A stretch of DNA of 64,000 bases, taken from Podarcis filfolensis (taxonomy: Eukaryota). The position numbers and the translations under genes are program-made. The notes under the pieces were generated by a model. It did no database searches. It worked only from the letters and a program-made list of their open reading frames with translations, and was not told the origin of the DNA. Below, in pieces: positions 63,120-64,000 of the stretch. The stretch lies in NCBI GenBank assembly GCA_964270895.1, contig OZ185441.1; one strand, 5' to 3'. Position 1 is the first letter of the stretch. Each line of letters starts with the position of its first letter.

Positions 63120-63286
63120 CAATAGGGGATTGTTGCAACATATTGACTTGTATGATAATCTCAAGACACCTTTTTGGCATTTTGAGACAGAGAATACTGA
63201 CCTACGGAGAAAACTATATGTGACATCTAGCCACACAAAGACCAATCCTGTCTGTTTTTCTTTTCTTTGCTAAGTAAATGTACATT

Positions 63287-63525
63287 TGTGGTTCGAGGAC
63301 CCGACCCCTGCTTGGAGGAATAAAGACACGTGGACACAGTGTATAAGGTTAATGGGCAGAATGGCTGGCGCGGCTGCATCTTGAGCAGCAAACCACGCCC
63401 CCACCAAGCCGCCCGGTTCGGTGATCAACCGGAGGGGGTGTGCGCCAGCCATGTGAATGGGGCAGGGGGCATAATGCCCCCTGCGTGACGTGGGAATCGT
63501 CTCCCGCCCACAACACCTCCCCTCC
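63287..63525 (-). mobile_element. LTR (229 bp) with adjacent polypurine tract; 5'-truncated LTR element remnant
   Basis: The minus strand reads PPT GGAGGGGAGG, then TGTTGTGGGCG...GAACCACA (63515 to 63287), with TG...CA termini; CpG-rich. Confidence 0.6.
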
Positions 63526-64000
63526 GGAAGGAGGAGAGGCCTTGTTGGATGTAGAAGTCCCACTCCAGGGGCACAATGGGGAAAAGTAACTGGGGAAGGG
63601 TGATTTTGATTTAAAAAACCCCAAAAAAAACAAACTACCAGAGAGGAATGAGTAGCCTCTACCTTTCCTGTGCCCACACACAATGACTTGCAATGCATTC
63701 TGCAAATTCTAAATGTACATTTAGGGTTGTTGCTTTGAAGGTGTTGTGGGAGGCAAGTGAAGTTTGATGCTTGGACCAGCTTTCTGTCATTCAATAGGAC
63801 AAATATATATATACTTTGGATAATTTCAAACAAGTCAACATGATCCTGTAAATCCTCAATTGACCATGGTGAGAAGTGATGGGAGTTGTAGTCCAGCAAC
63901 ATCTGGCGTGCCAAAGGTTCTCACATCTGCTCTATAGTTGCAATGGACCTAAACATTGCCATCAGACTGTAACTTCTGTGGGGGCATTTTGTAAAAATAA

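Larger units (their letters stand above)
1..64000 (-). other. PTPRM: PTPRM gene body (partial). The window is entirely intragenic, from the intron after the transmembrane exon to the intron within the D1 domain.
   Basis: Eight minus-strand exons splice in frame to KLAKKRKETLSSTRQEMTVMVNSMDKSY...[69 protein letters not shown]...[21 protein letters not shown], which matches PTPmu as I recall it. Neither the TM exon nor the following GPMQET exon was found in the window. Confidence 0.93.

Noticed and set aside
63270-63914. Longest ORF in the window (214 aa, minus strand)
   Set aside because: It runs through a hAT remnant, unique sequence and an LTR, has no domain similarity and no splice context.
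44879-64000. PTPRM transmembrane exon or a YSYSYYL-type juxtamembrane cassette exon
   Set aside because: Not found on inspection; probably further upstream, outside the window.
1-64000. CRISPR arrays, rRNA, operons or other prokaryote-type systems
   Set aside because: None present; the sequence is a vertebrate intron-exon region.

Overview
Vertebrate genomic DNA from a squamate reptile: Sauria SINEs, Bov-B LINEs and lizard-type MITEs are present, and a lacertid lizard is a plausible but unproven source. The whole window lies inside the receptor protein tyrosine phosphatase mu gene (PTPRM) on the minus strand. I resolved eight coding exons with canonical GT-AG boundaries and consistent phases (152, 75, 27, 12, 188, 88, 77 and 37 nt). 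They encode the cytoplasmic juxtamembrane region, the wedge and the start of the D1 phosphatase domain, and include two microexons (DPFVPTAIL, VPIN). The transmembrane exon and the rest of the catalytic domains fall outside the window. The remainder is intron, containing Sauria SINEs, Bov-B/RTE, CR1 and L2 fragments, Tc1/mariner and hAT MITEs, two solo LTRs with 5-bp TSDs, a truncated LTR element, microsatellites and a degenerate tandem repeat of about 145 bp. I found no convincing novel multi-gene system. The best leads are two candidate unannotated alternative terminal (or poison) exons that would truncate PTPmu before its phosphatase domains, a head-to-head chimeric SINE with outward-facing tails inside one TSD, and a CpG-rich MITE carrying NRF1/ETS motifs. 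Repeat family names come from recalled consensus features, not from a database search.
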